Below, one piece after another: positions 1-9,741 of a DNA stretch of 64,000 nt (the stretch's first letter is position 1; each line of letters begins with the position of its first letter). The translations under genes and the position numbers were made by a program. The notes beneath the pieces were generated by a model. The model was given only the letters and a program-made list of their open reading frames with translations. It was not told the DNA's origin and did no database searches. Source of the stretch: Acidimicrobiia bacterium (lineage in GTDB: Bacteria; Actinomycetota; Acidimicrobiia; Spongiisociales; ZC4RG35); the NCBI GenBank assembly GCA_035281645.1, contig DATEDN010000172.1:4137-68136 (forward strand), read 5' to 3'.

Positions 1-1709
1 AGATGCCGAGATCCCCGCTTCCTCGATTCAGGTTGTAGCGCAACGTCCGCAGCAGACCCGGGAGAAGCGACGTCCGCAGGGTGGCGAGCTCCTCGTTAAG
101 GGGATTCGAAACGCGCACCGTAAGTCGAGCTTGATGGTCCGCTGGGTAGGCAAAGGCGGCGAGATCCTCGGTCCCCGAGAAGGAAAGGTTGATCGCTTGA
201 TAGAGGCCGGCGCCGGTGAGCACTCGTCGCAGCGATTGGTGCCGGTGCTGTTCATCGTTGTAACCCCCGGCCGGCCCGGTCGGAATGCTCTCGGGGAAGC
301 TGTCGTAGCCATAAAGACGGGCTACCTCCTCGACGAGGTCGGCGGGTCGTTCGAGATCGCGCCGGCGGGTAGGAATGGTCACTACCAACGGGTCGTCGCC
401 CTCCACTTCGAGATCGAGGCGTTCGAGCAGTCGGCTTACCTCGGCACGGGGAACCACTCCCCCAAGGAGCCTGTCTACCTCCGCCAGAGACAACGAGACG
501 GTGGCGGGCACGAAGGCGCGGGTGACGACGTCGATCGCCTCCGACGGCGAGGTCCCGCCGGCAAGCTCCATCATCAAGCGATTGGCACGGGCAGCGGCGA
601 GCGGGGGAAGATTGGGGTCGACGCCCCGTTCGAAGCGGGCCGAGGCCTCGGTACGAATCGCATGGCGCTTGCTCATGTGGAGCACCGTCGGGGCATCCCA
701 CGAGGCCGCCTCGATCACTACGTTCTTGGTCTCGGGGGTTACTTCAGAATCTCCGCCACCCATGGTTCCCGCCAGGCCGGTTGCCGTTTCTGCATCAGCT
801 ACGACGAGGTCCGCCTCGGTCAAAGTCCGGTCGACCCCATCGAGGGTGCGCAACCTCTCCCCGGCTTGCGCCCGTCTGACCACGATCTCGTTTTTAGCCA
901 GGCGGTCGAAATCGAAAGCATGGAGAGGCTGACCCAGCTCCAACATGACGTAATTGGTCACATCGACGATGTTGGAAATGGGTCGGATTCCTGCCGCCTT
1001 CAAGCGTTGGCGAATCCTCAGCGGCGAGGGCTTGACCTCGACTCCAAAAAGCTCGCGGGCGACGAATCGGTAACAACCGTCGGGATCGTCGACACTAACA
1101 ATGGTCCGTAGAGCCTCATCGGTGCCGGCCACCTCGGCCGGTGGCAGGCGGTACGGCACCCCGTAGAAGGCGGCTAGCTCCCGGGCTACTCCCAGCATTG
1201 ACATTTGATCGGGCCGGTTGGAGGTGATCTCGAGGTCGAGCACATAGTCGGGGAGATGGACGACTTCTTCGAACGGCCTCCCTAGCTCGGTGTCGGGGTC
1301 TAGGACGAGGATGCCCTCGTGATCGGCACCAAGGCCAAGTTCCCGCTCCGAGCAGATCATCCCCCGCGACTCAATGCCGCGAATGGTTCGAGCTCCAAGC
1401 TCGAACCCGCCGGCCAGAGTGGCACCGGGAACCGCGAAGGCGACCTTGGCTCCTTCGTCGAAGTTCCAGGCGCCGCAGACCACCTCGATGGGTTCTTTCC
1501 CTGTGCTGACCAGGCACAAGCGCACCTTGTCGGCATTGGGGTGGGGCCTGATCGATTCGACGACGCCGACATAGACCCCGCTCCAGTCCGCCTCCAGTTC
1601 GGTGACGCTTTCTACCTTGAGGCCAAGGGAGTTGAGCGCCCGTTGAACTTCATTCGGATCGGGATCGGGAAGGTCGATGAACTCGGCGAGCCAGTGAAGC
1701 GAGACCTTC
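1..1709 (-). CDS. pheT: phenylalanine--tRNA ligase beta subunit (N-terminal ~569 aa; gene runs off the left edge of the window)
   Basis: Reverse complement at 1709 reads ATGAAGGTCTCGCTTCACTGG = MKVSLHWLAEFIDLPDPD, a typical PheT N-terminus. Its ATG overlaps the pheS stop (ATGA). The frame stays open to position 1. Not in the ORF track because there is no in-window stop. Confidence 0.8.
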
Positions 1710-2745
1710 ATCGGAACTGCCGCAGAACGCGCAAGTCGTTGTCGATGAAGACGCGGATGTTGGAGATCCCGTGGCGCACCATCGCCAGGCGCTCCACACC
1801 CATGCCGAATGCAAAGCCGGACAGAGTTTGGGAGTCGTGACCAGCCATGTCCAAGACGTTGGGATCGACCATTCCGCATCCGGCCATCTCCAACCAGCCA
1901 CTGCCCCCACAAAGACGGCAGGAGGCAGCGGTGCCGCCGCAGACAAAGCAGGAGACATCGAGCTCTGCCGAGGGCTCAGTGAAGGGAAAGAAGCTCGGGC
2001 GGAGACGGATCCTCTGCTCGCGGCCGAAGAACTCACGGGCGAAGTGCGCCAGCGTCCCTTTCAAATCGGAGAAAACAATTCCGGAGTCAACCGCCAGTCC
2101 CTCGATCTGGTGAAACACGGGCAAATGGCTGGCGTCGATGGTGTCGGACCGGAATGTTTTGCCTGGAACAACAACGTAAAGCGGCGGTTTGTGCGACTGC
2201 ATGTATCGCACCTGCATGGGCGAGGTGTGAGTCCGCAGAAGCACCTCATCAGCGGGGTCGCCGAAATCGAGATAAAGAGTGTCTGATTCGAATCGCGAGG
2301 GATGATGGGGAGGGGTGTTGAGGGCGTCGAAGTTGAACCAGGCGAGCTCTGCTTCGGGTCCCTGTTCGACTCGGTATCCAAGCCCAATGAATATGTCGCA
2401 AACCTCGTCGATCGTCTGCTGGACCAAGTGCTCGGTGCCTTGATTGAGCCTCCAGCGCTCGACGGTGATATCCACCGAGTCGTCTGCCAACAGCACGTTC
2501 GCTTCAGCCAGGGCGAGCTCGGCTCTTCTCTCCGAAATCAGTCGGTTGACTTCTGCCGTGACCCGATTCACCTCCATGCCGGCAGCCGGCCGGTCCGCGG
2601 GATCGAGCTTCCCCAGTTGACGCCGAGCCTCGCCGATGGGGCTGTTCCTTCCCAGAAGCTTGGTTTCGACTTCGTCGAGATCTGCCACGCTTTTCGCACC
2701 CTGAATCGTCGCTTCAGCGGTAGCGAGGTGCTCGTCCAGATTCAT
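1708..2745 (-). CDS. pheS: phenylalanine--tRNA ligase alpha subunit
   Basis: 345-aa ORF with class II aaRS motifs (FRPSFFPFTEPSAE, GFAFGMGVERLAM). Canonical pheS-pheT order. Confidence 0.93.
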   Translation of the reverse strand: MNLDEHLATAEATIQGAKSVADLDEVETKLLGRNSPIGEARRQLGKLDPADRPAAGMEVNRVTAEVNRLISERRAELALAEANVLLADDSVDITVERWRLNQGTEHLVQQTIDEVCDIFIGLGYRVEQGPEAELAWFNFDALNTPPHHPSRFESDTLYLDFGDPADEVLLRTHTSPMQVRYMQSHKPPLYVVVPGKTFRSDTIDASHLPVFHQIEGLAVDSGIVFSDLKGTLAHFAREFFGREQRIRLRPSFFPFTEPSAELDVSCFVCGGTAASCRLCGGSGWLEMAGCGMVDPNVLDMAGHDSQTLSGFAFGMGVERLAMVRHGISNIRVFIDNDLRVLRQFR

Positions 2746-2777
2746 GGGCGAGGAAGGTTAACGAACGATCACTTTGC

Positions 2778-2815
2778 CCAATAACGAAATAGACCAGCCC
2801 AAGTCGGGCTGGTCT
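2778..2815 (-). terminator. intrinsic terminator downstream of the small secreted-protein gene
   Basis: Perfect 10-bp stem agaccagccc/gggctggtct with a 5-nt loop (2791-2815). On the minus-strand transcript it is followed by AUUUCGUUAUU. Confidence 0.55.
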
Positions 2816-2839
2816 ATTTCTGGATAGCTGGACCCAGAT

Positions 2840-3220
2840 CTATGGCTTGGGGAACACCGGATTGGTGTTGGTTCGGTTCGGCTGTGGCGGAAACCCGAAA
2901 TCCGGAGCATGGTTGGGGTTGCAGGCCATTCCCGGATTGAAGACGTGCGGATCGCCAAACCCAAGCCTCACATCTTGCCCAAAGGACTGCGACTGGCCGC
3001 CCGGGCCGTTAGGAATCAGATTGGGATCGACGTTCGGATCTATGGACGCTCCTGGATCGTCATTCAGTCCAGAAAACGAACACCACGACACGCCCTGATT
3101 TTGCTCTGCGTTGGCGCCACTACCAGTTACCTCTCCTGCGAAAGCGGCGCCTGCGAACAGCGCCAGGATGGCGACAGTTGATACGAGGACTGCCAGCAGT
3201 CTTTTCTTGCCCACTCCCAA
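2840..3220 (-). CDS. small secreted Gly/Asn/Pro-rich protein of unknown function (about 125 aa, Sec signal peptide, AFA-GE cleavage site, 2 Cys)
   Basis: ORF starts MGVGKKRLLAVLVSTVAILALFAGAAFA. A GGAGG lies 6 nt upstream of an in-frame GTG at about 3214. Composition is visibly AT-richer than the flanks. Its own terminator lies downstream. Confidence 0.5.
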   Translation of the reverse strand: MGVGKKRLLAVLVSTVAILALFAGAAFAGEVTGSGANAEQNQGVSWCSFSGLNDDPGASIDPNVDPNLIPNGPGGQSQSFGQDVRLGFGDPHVFNPGMACNPNHAPDFGFPPQPNRTNTNPVFPKP

Positions 3221-3306
3221 CCTCCCAGATCGTGGAAGCCCCTTCGGCTCCCGAATAGTGGAGGGTATGAATGGCCGGCGTCTGCGTCAAAATTTCTGGG
3301 ATTTAC

Positions 3307-4023
3307 CTACGTATTCTGACTAGTCCGTCGGATGGCGACCTCATAGCAAAGAATCGCCGCCGCGGCCGCAGCATTGAGACTCTCGGTCATGCCCGGCATC
3401 GGGATCGACACTTGCATGTCGGCGGCAGCAATGACATCGGGAGGAAGGCCTTGTGCCTCGTTGCCAATCAGAAGGGCGACTCGAGAGTCAGGCATCCTGC
3501 TCGGCGCCTCTCCACCATGACCGACGGCTGCAACCCGCGTTGCCTTGATTTCATCGATGTCTTCGATTTCGAGGACTGAGGTACGGAAATGGGCACCGGC
3601 GGCTCCTCGAAGCGTCTTGGGTGACCACGGATCCGTTCCACCGCGGACAGCAACGTCGAGCCCGAAGGCGGCCGCGGTGCGGATCATGGTCCCGAGATTG
3701 CCGGGGTCGGCTATTTCCCAAGCCACGAGAACGCTTCGGTCCGCCTGGAGCTGATGTCTTGGGATCGAAATGACGGCTACGGGATTCTGGGGGCTCCGGG
3801 TGGAGGAAAGCCTTGCGAGGGCGGCATCGCTTATCCGGATTGCATCGGCATGGGAGTCATCGACCGAGAAGAGCTCGACAACGGCGATGCCTGCCTGCGC
3901 CGCCTCTTCGACCAACTTGGGGCCTTCGAGCAGCGTGAGGCCCGTCGCTTCACGCTCGGAGGACCGATGCAGGCGAGCGACGGCCTGGATCCGGGGATTG
4001 CGCGCCGAGAGACCCGCCTCCAA
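3307..4023 (-). CDS. TrmH/SpoU family RNA 2'-O-methyltransferase
   Basis: 238-aa ORF with the SPOUT C-terminal signature (LLIGNEAQGL...SLNAAAAAAIL). Sits at the conserved actinobacterial position between rplT and pheS. Confidence 0.8.
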   Translation of the reverse strand: MEAGLSARNPRIQAVARLHRSSEREATGLTLLEGPKLVEEAAQAGIAVVELFSVDDSHADAIRISDAALARLSSTRSPQNPVAVISIPRHQLQADRSVLVAWEIADPGNLGTMIRTAAAFGLDVAVRGGTDPWSPKTLRGAAGAHFRTSVLEIEDIDEIKATRVAAVGHGGEAPSRMPDSRVALLIGNEAQGLPPDVIAAADMQVSIPMPGMTESLNAAAAAAILCYEVAIRRTSQNT

Positions 4024-4165
4024 GCCTGTCTCTCAGTCGTCTAGCCCGGACTTTGGCAGCCCAGGGTCGATACTCGGCAAGTTCGTTCGCTTATGAACGT
4101 GTACGGCTCGTAGCTGACCGAATTCGGGGAAACCGCTCGTCAGTGACCAAACTTCCTGTCCGCTA

Positions 4166-4516
4166 TCAGTCGGGCTTGGCGAGCTCGACCAAGGCGGCGA
4201 AAGATTGGGGGTCGTTGACCGCCATTTCGGCCAGCATCTTGCGATCGAGCTCGACCTCCCGAGCTTTGAGGCCGGCCATGAAGGTGGAATAGCTCATCCC
4301 GTGTTCGCGGGCTGCGGCGTTGATCCGGGTGATCCAGAGCCGGCGGAACTGACCTTTGCGATCGCGCCGATCCTTGTAGGCGTCGGCCATCGCGTGCATG
4401 ACCTGCTCGTTGGCCGTTCGAAACCGCCTGCTCCGCGAGCCCTTGTATCCCTTGGCCCGGTCGAGAACTTTCTTATGCGACTTCTTGGCGTGAACCGCTC
4501 TCTTGACTCGTGCCAT
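4166..4516 (-). CDS. rplT: 50S ribosomal protein L20
   Basis: 116 aa, [18 protein letters not shown]... is a diagnostic L20 N-terminus. Confidence 0.93.
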   Translation of the reverse strand: MARVKRAVHAKKSHKKVLDRAKGYKGSRSRRFRTANEQVMHAMADAYKDRRDRKGQFRRLWITRINAAAREHGMSYSTFMAGLKAREVELDRKMLAEMAVNDPQSFAALVELAKPD

Positions 4517-4519
4517 GAA

Positions 4520-4714
4520 TCACATCCCCAACAGCTTCTTGGCGTTTTTGGCATCGCCCGGAGCCAGTTCGACCTCGCCCGAGCGGCGTCGGAAGGTGTC
4601 TTGGCCCTTGGCGAGCTTGTAATGGTTCTTGCCTGATTGGCGACGCAAAAGTCGACCGGTTCCGGTCACCTTGATGCGCTTCTTGGCGCCGCTGTGGGTC
4701 TTCATTTTGGGCAC
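4520..4714 (-). CDS. rpmI: 50S ribosomal protein L35
   Basis: 64 aa, MPKMKTHSGAKKRIKVTGTG is an L35 signature. Sits between infC and rplT. Confidence 0.9.
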   Translation of the reverse strand: MPKMKTHSGAKKRIKVTGTGRLLRRQSGKNHYKLAKGQDTFRRRSGEVELAPGDAKNAKKLLGM

Positions 4715-4719
4715 GGTCT

Positions 4720-5329
4720 CTACTCCTCGGCGGCCGCTTCGGTAGCGGGCGCGATCTCGACAGGTACTGGAGGCTCGGTGGCTGAATCGCTCTCCTGCGA
4801 GTTGGCTTCGGGTCGGCGTTGGCGCCTGGAGGGGGCAAGGACCATTGTCATCAATCGGCCTTCCTGGGCAGGAGCCTGCTCGACGGTGGCCTGGTCGCCG
4901 ACTTCGGCTACCAAGCGATCGAGGAGACGGCGTCCAAATTCGGGTCTCTCTTGTTCCCGTCCCCGGAAACGAACCGTGACCTTCACCTTGTCACCCTCAC
5001 CTAGAAATTCAAGGGCTCTGCGGCGGGTGATCTCGAAGTCGTGATTCTCGATCCGGGGCGCCATTCGCAGCTCTTTGACAACGGTGCGTTTCTGATTCTT
5101 GCGGGCTTCTCGCTCTCGCACCGATTGCTCGTACTTGTACTTGCCGTAATCCATCAAGCGGCACACGGGGGGCTTCGCCTCGGGCGCCACCTCCACCAGA
5201 TCCAGACCCAGCTGATCCGCCAGCCACAGGGCTTCGGCCAGCTTTTTCACTCCGATCTGGGAGCCATCGGGTGCTACTAGCCGCACCTCCGGTGCTCTTA
5301 TGTAGCCATTTACTCGCAATTCAGCGATG
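4720..5329 (-). CDS. infC: translation initiation factor IF-3; probable AUC start 7 nt after a GGAGG
   Basis: IF3 domains present (YIRAPEVRLVAPDGSQIGV...). The in-frame ATC at 5329 is preceded by GGAGGU with 7-nt spacing. There is no in-frame ATG or GTG upstream. The track start (about 5319/5320) is a TTG two codons further in. Confidence 0.88.
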
Positions 5330-5360
5330 TTCCAACCTCCATGTTTTGGTTCACTCTTAT

Positions 5361-5392
5361 CAACAAAAAAGCAGCAGAACCAGCCTGCTGCC
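5361..5392 (-). terminator. intrinsic terminator downstream of ribH and upstream of infC
   Basis: 7-bp stem GCAGCAG/CUGCUGC with a 7-nt loop (5371-5391). On the minus-strand transcript it is followed by UUUUUUGUUGAU. Confidence 0.6.
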
Positions 5393-5554
5393 GTAGAGCG
5401 CTTGCTTGTGGTTCAACCAAAATGGATGAACCGCTCGCTTTGGGGGGCTTATTCCCCTCGACCGCGGACGCACCGATCGGTGGCCGGGTGGGAAGCAGGC
5501 TGCCTCCGCTTTGCGTTTTTGTCGTGCCGACATGGTAGCCGACCGTGGCCCGGT

Positions 5555-6013
5555 TCAAGAATTGCCCACGCGAGCAACCAGGTCCACCACCGCCGCGGCG
5601 GCTTCAGAGCCCTTGTTGGCCGGGCCCGGTTCCGAGCGGGCCAACGCCTGGGCGAGGTCATGGGCGGCCAGGACCGCGTTGGCAACGGGATGGCCGCCGA
5701 TGAGGCTGGCCTGGATCAGTCCGGCGGCGGACGAGCGCACGATGACCTCGTAATGATCGGTTTCGCCCTTGATGATCGCCCCTACGGCCACGACACCGTC
5801 GCATCCGTCCTTCAACAAGGTCAGAGCCGCCGCGGGCAGCTCCCAGGCTCCAGCCACCCGGAGAACGTCGACCTGTGGCACCCCTGCCCGCTCCAGATAA
5901 GAGAGTGCGCCCTCGAGCAAGCGCTTGGTGACAGCCTGGTTGAAATCAGACACGGCGACGCCGATTCGCATCTCTTTTGGGTCGAGGCGGCGTTCCCATT
6001 CGGTGATCTTCAC
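5555..6013 (-). CDS. ribH: 6,7-dimethyl-8-ribityllumazine synthase
   Basis: 152 aa with lumazine synthase motifs ([15 protein letters not shown]). Last gene of the rib cluster. Confidence 0.9.
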   Translation of the reverse strand: MKITEWERRLDPKEMRIGVAVSDFNQAVTKRLLEGALSYLERAGVPQVDVLRVAGAWELPAAALTLLKDGCDGVVAVGAIIKGETDHYEVIVRSSAAGLIQASLIGGHPVANAVLAAHDLAQALARSEPGPANKGSEAAAAVVDLVARVGNS

Positions 6014-7212
6014 GGCTCACCCAGATGGCCCAGCTTGTCGACCTTGGTTTTCAGGTAACGCTCGTTCTCCGGATTCGGCGAAATCAGGAGGGGAATCCTT
6101 TCGATGATCGAAAGCCCATAGCCCTCGATCCCGGCTCGCTTGGTGGGGTTGTTCGTCAAGAGACGCATCGACCGGACGCCGAGGTCGTAAAGGATCTGGG
6201 CCCCCTGGCCATAGTCGCGAGCATCGATCGGTAGCCCGAGATCCTGATTGGCTTCGACCGTGTCGCGGCCCAGATCCTGGAGGTTGTAAGCCTCGAGTTT
6301 GTGGAGAAGCCCGATTCCCCTTCCCTCGTGACCCCGGATGTACAGGAGGACTCCCCGCCCTTCCTCGGCAATCTTGGAGAGGGCGAGATCGCGCTGGGCT
6401 CCGCAATCGCATCGAAGGCTAGAGAAGATGTCACCAGTCAGACATTCGGAGTGGACCCTGACCAACACCTCTTCGCCATCGCCGATGTCGCCCATGACCA
6501 GGGCCAGGTGCTGGCGATCGTCGACCAGCGAGCGATAGCCGACCGCTCGGAAAACCCCTTGGGGTGTCGGTAGACGCGCCTCGACAACTCGTTCGACTAG
6601 CTTCTCGTGCTGGCGTCGATAGGCAATAAGGTCGGCGATTGTTCCCAGCAGTAGGGAATGCTCCTTGGCGAAACGCTCCAAATCGGGAAGGCGGGCCACG
6701 GTGCCGTCGTCGTTCATGACCTCGGCCAGGATCCCGGCCGGATAGACGCCGGCGAGCTTGGCAAGGTCGATAGCAGCTTCGGTATGGCCCGCCCGCTTCA
6801 GCACTCCCCCCTCGACGTATCGCAGGGGGTAGACGTGCCCAGGACGGGCGAGGTCAAGGGGGCTTGAAGTGGGATCGAGCAAGACGGCGATGGTCCGGGC
6901 GCGGTCAGAAGCAGAGATCCCGGTTGTCGTGCCTTGTCTGGCATCGACCGAGATCGTGAAGGCAGTGCGCCGGACGTCAGTGGAATCCCGCACCATCATC
7001 GGCAACTCGAGTTCATCCAGGCGCTCCCCCAGCATCGGCACGGTCAGGATCCCGGAGGAATGGCGGATCATGAATCCAAGGTGAGCCGGGGTAGCGGCCG
7101 AAGCAGCGAGCACGAGGTCGCCCTCGTTCTCGCGGTCGGCATCATCGACGACGATCACCATCTCCCCACGACCAAAAGCCGCGACCAGGTCGGGGACCGA
7201 AGCAAAGGTCAT
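6010..7212 (-). CDS. ribBA: bifunctional 3,4-dihydroxy-2-butanone-4-phosphate synthase / GTP cyclohydrolase II
   Basis: 400 aa with an N-terminal DHBP synthase (RENEGDLV) and a C-terminal GTP cyclohydrolase II (CxxC...[10 protein letters not shown]). Confidence 0.92.
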   Translation of the reverse strand: MTFASVPDLVAAFGRGEMVIVVDDADRENEGDLVLAASAATPAHLGFMIRHSSGILTVPMLGERLDELELPMMVRDSTDVRRTAFTISVDARQGTTTGISASDRARTIAVLLDPTSSPLDLARPGHVYPLRYVEGGVLKRAGHTEAAIDLAKLAGVYPAGILAEVMNDDGTVARLPDLERFAKEHSLLLGTIADLIAYRRQHEKLVERVVEARLPTPQGVFRAVGYRSLVDDRQHLALVMGDIGDGEEVLVRVHSECLTGDIFSSLRCDCGAQRDLALSKIAEEGRGVLLYIRGHEGRGIGLLHKLEAYNLQDLGRDTVEANQDLGLPIDARDYGQGAQILYDLGVRSMRLLTNNPTKRAGIEGYGLSIIERIPLLISPNPENERYLKTKVDKLGHLGEP

Positions 7213-7808
7213 CCGGCCTCCTCGCGGGCCTGCAAAAGCCTTTCGAGGTATTTGGCGAGCACGTCGAACTCCAGGTTCACCTGTTGCCCGGCTTGCCGCG
7301 ACCCGAGAGTGGTGGCCTCCAACGTGAAAGGAATCAAAGCTGCTTCGAACCCTGTGGCGGTCACCGAGGCGATGGTAAGGGCGACCCCGTCGACCGCGAT
7401 CGATCCTTTCTCAACCAGGTAACGGCGAAAGCGCGGGGAAACGTCGACCGCCATTCTTCGTCCCATCCCTTCGGGGGTGGCCTTTGATACGGCTCCGAAG
7501 GTGTCGACATGACCTTGGACCACATGCCCGTCGAGGCGGCCGTCGGCGCGGAGAGGACGTTCGAGGTTGACTCGATCTCCGGCCAGCAGGTGACCGAGGT
7601 TGGTACGCCGGAGGGTCTCGGCGACGACGTCCAAGCCGAAGGAGGAGTCGACCTGCTCGGTCACCGTGAGACACACGCCGTTCACGGCGATGGAGTCGCC
7701 TGGCGTGAGCTCGTGAGCCAGGTCCGCCTCCACCAGCAGGCGGCGGCCATCATCGGTGCCGCCGATCTGACGGACGGTTCCCAGCGACTCGATGATGCCG
7801 GTAAACAC
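7209..7808 (-). CDS. ribE: riboflavin synthase
   Basis: 199 aa, [12 protein letters not shown]...[11 protein letters not shown] lumazine-binding repeat duplicated. Confidence 0.9.
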   Translation of the reverse strand: MFTGIIESLGTVRQIGGTDDGRRLLVEADLAHELTPGDSIAVNGVCLTVTEQVDSSFGLDVVAETLRRTNLGHLLAGDRVNLERPLRADGRLDGHVVQGHVDTFGAVSKATPEGMGRRMAVDVSPRFRRYLVEKGSIAVDGVALTIASVTATGFEAALIPFTLEATTLGSRQAGQQVNLEFDVLAKYLERLLQAREEAG

Positions 7809-7811
7809 TGC

Positions 7812-8810
7812 TTAGCCTGGCGTGAAGTCGACCCTAAGGTCATCTCCGAGCCGGGTGACCGAGTCGACTGTCACCGGTCGGGCGTGCTCCAGGGTTGACC
7901 AGACCCCATCGAATAACGAGCGTCCGAATCCACCGGCGACCATTGCTCCGAAGTAAAACACACCCCGGTTCACCAGATTTCCGGTCCAAAGCGAGCGGGC
8001 CAGGGTGGGACCTCCCTCGACCAGCAGGGCCAGGAGGCCTTCGTTGGCCACCAAACGCAGAACCTCGGTGAGATCGCCTTTCTCCTCTTCGATGATCAGC
8101 GGATCACGGGCCCAGATCCGGGCGTCGGCTGGCAAGGGACGTCGACCGACGACGATCACCGGACGCGGCTGGAAGCCATCGTGGTTCGGCAGGCGGACGT
8201 CGAGCAGGGGGTCATCGACGATCACGGTGCCGGCTCCAACCATCACCGCGTCATTCTCGGCCCGAATTCGATGAGCGTCGGCTCTTGCTTCGGGACCGGT
8301 GATCCATTGCGACGTCCCGTCGGCGGCGGCAACTTGTCCGTCCAAGGTCGCAGCCAGCTTCAGAGTGACAAAAGGCAGGCCCGTGCGCCGGTGGTGAAAG
8401 TAGGCGGGGTCGATCTGCTCTCCGGGACCCACATCCGTCAGCACTTCCAAGCCCGCTGCCCGCAGCCGGTCGATGCCCTTCCCTTGAACGCGAGCGTCCG
8501 GATCCAACGCACCCACCACCACCCGGGCGACGTCGGCCGCCAGTAATGCGTCGACGCAGGGAGGCGTCCTCCCCTGGTGGGTACAAGGCTCCAGGGTCAC
8601 CACCACTGTCCCACCCCGGGCCCGGTCGCCGGCAGCAGAGAGAGCGAGCACTTCGGCATGTGCCGATCCCGGGCCGCTGTGCGAACCGTGGCCGACGACT
8701 TTGCCCGAGGGGTCGAGGACAACGGCTCCCACTCGTGGGTTTGGATGCGGGTGCGTCGTCCGGGTGAGCTCTGCCGCCCGCTCCATCGCCGTCTCCCAGC
8801 GCGACGTCAC
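7812..8810 (-). CDS. ribD: bifunctional diaminohydroxyphosphoribosylaminopyrimidine deaminase / 5-amino-6-(5-phosphoribosylamino)uracil reductase
   Basis: 332 aa with a deaminase zinc motif (HAEVLAL...EPCTHQGRTPPC) followed by a reductase domain. Confidence 0.9.
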   Translation of the reverse strand: MTSRWETAMERAAELTRTTHPHPNPRVGAVVLDPSGKVVGHGSHSGPGSAHAEVLALSAAGDRARGGTVVVTLEPCTHQGRTPPCVDALLAADVARVVVGALDPDARVQGKGIDRLRAAGLEVLTDVGPGEQIDPAYFHHRRTGLPFVTLKLAATLDGQVAAADGTSQWITGPEARADAHRIRAENDAVMVGAGTVIVDDPLLDVRLPNHDGFQPRPVIVVGRRPLPADARIWARDPLIIEEEKGDLTEVLRLVANEGLLALLVEGGPTLARSLWTGNLVNRGVFYFGAMVAGGFGRSLFDGVWSTLEHARPVTVDSVTRLGDDLRVDFTPG

Positions 8811-8811
8811 C

Positions 8812-9741
8812 TCAGCCGGTACGACGGTCGATCTCGAATGACGATCCGGTCCGCTTCTTGGCGAATTCCTTCATCTCCACGGCGACCGCGGACGCCTCCC
8901 ATTGTGACGTGATCGGTCGTAACACGTTGGAAGCCACTCCCATCGATATCGAAACCATCGGGAAGGCGTAGCGCTCACCGCGACGGTCGATCACTTCGAT
9001 GTAGCCGCGCAAGGCGTCGGCCGTGTCGTAGTTGTCGAGGATGCCGTCGTCGAACGTCTCGATGACCCGTTTGCAATACTCCTCGGCCTTTTCCGCCGAT
9101 ACCAGGGCAACAAAGTCGTCGCCTCCGATATGGCCGACGAAGGCGTCAGGTTCGCCGATGGCCTCTGTTGCCTCGACCATACATCGCGCACAGAAGCGAA
9201 TCACTTCGTCCCCTCGCATAAATCCGTAGTGATCGTTGAATGCTTTGAAGTTGTCGAGGTCGCAGTGGATGAGGGCAAAGCTGGCACCACTCTCGATTCT
9301 CTGCTCGATCTCCGCACCGATCCGGAAGTTGCCGGGAAGGCCCGTCAGCGGAGAAAGATCTCTGGCGGCCTGGGTTCGTCGTAACACAGCTTTCACCCGC
9401 GCTACGAGCTCGGAGATGTCGAACGGCTTGGTGATGTAGTCGTCCGCGCCTAGCTCGAGGCCCTTGACCCGGTCCTCCGGCAGACCCCGGGCCGTCAGGA
9501 GGATGACAGACGTGTTGCCGGTGGTCCCGTGGGATCGGATCCGGCGGAGGGCAGTCAACCCGTCCATTCTCGGCATCATGATGTCGAGCAGGATCAACTC
9601 CGGCGCTTCGATCATCGCTTTGTCGACCGCCTCGCGCCCGTCTTCGGCCGTATCGACTTCGTAGCCCTCGAGTTCGAGGTTGATCTTCACGACGGAGAGG
9701 ATGTCAGGGTCGTCATCAACGACGAGTATGCGTTCGCTCAT
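8812..9741 (-). CDS. response regulator with a receiver domain plus a GGDEF-like domain (signature reads GGDDF; no RxxD I-site)
   Basis: N-terminal REC domain (VVDDDPDIL, LLDIMMP, TKPF). C-terminal GGDEF fold (CDLDNFKAFNDHYGFMRGDEV...HIGGDDFVALV). Stop and start overlap both neighbours by 4 nt. Confidence 0.8.
   Translation of the reverse strand: MSERILVVDDDPDILSVVKINLELEGYEVDTAEDGREAVDKAMIEAPELILLDIMMPRMDGLTALRRIRSHGTTGNTSVILLTARGLPEDRVKGLELGADDYITKPFDISELVARVKAVLRRTQAARDLSPLTGLPGNFRIGAEIEQRIESGASFALIHCDLDNFKAFNDHYGFMRGDEVIRFCARCMVEATEAIGEPDAFVGHIGGDDFVALVSAEKAEEYCKRVIETFDDGILDNYDTADALRGYIEVIDRRGERYAFPMVSISMGVASNVLRPITSQWEASAVAVEMKEFAKKRTGSSFEIDRRTG

Noticed and set aside
131-1111. 326-aa plus-strand ORF, and other ORFs of 94-185 aa between 28 and 1840
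   Set aside because: They lie antisense to, or out of frame with, the pheT reading frame (MKVSLHWL... on the minus strand). Their composition is Arg/Gly/Pro-rich with no recognisable domains. This is typical of spurious open frames in high-GC DNA.
5310-5558. 82-aa minus-strand ORF spanning the ribH-infC intergenic
   Set aside because: It runs through the intrinsic terminator hairpin and into the infC start, has no homology, and does not fit the IF3 frame.
8811-8830. Expectation of an FMN riboswitch upstream of ribD
   Set aside because: There is no intergenic space. ribD overlaps the upstream regulator gene by ATGA, and no riboswitch-sized gap precedes any rib gene in this window.
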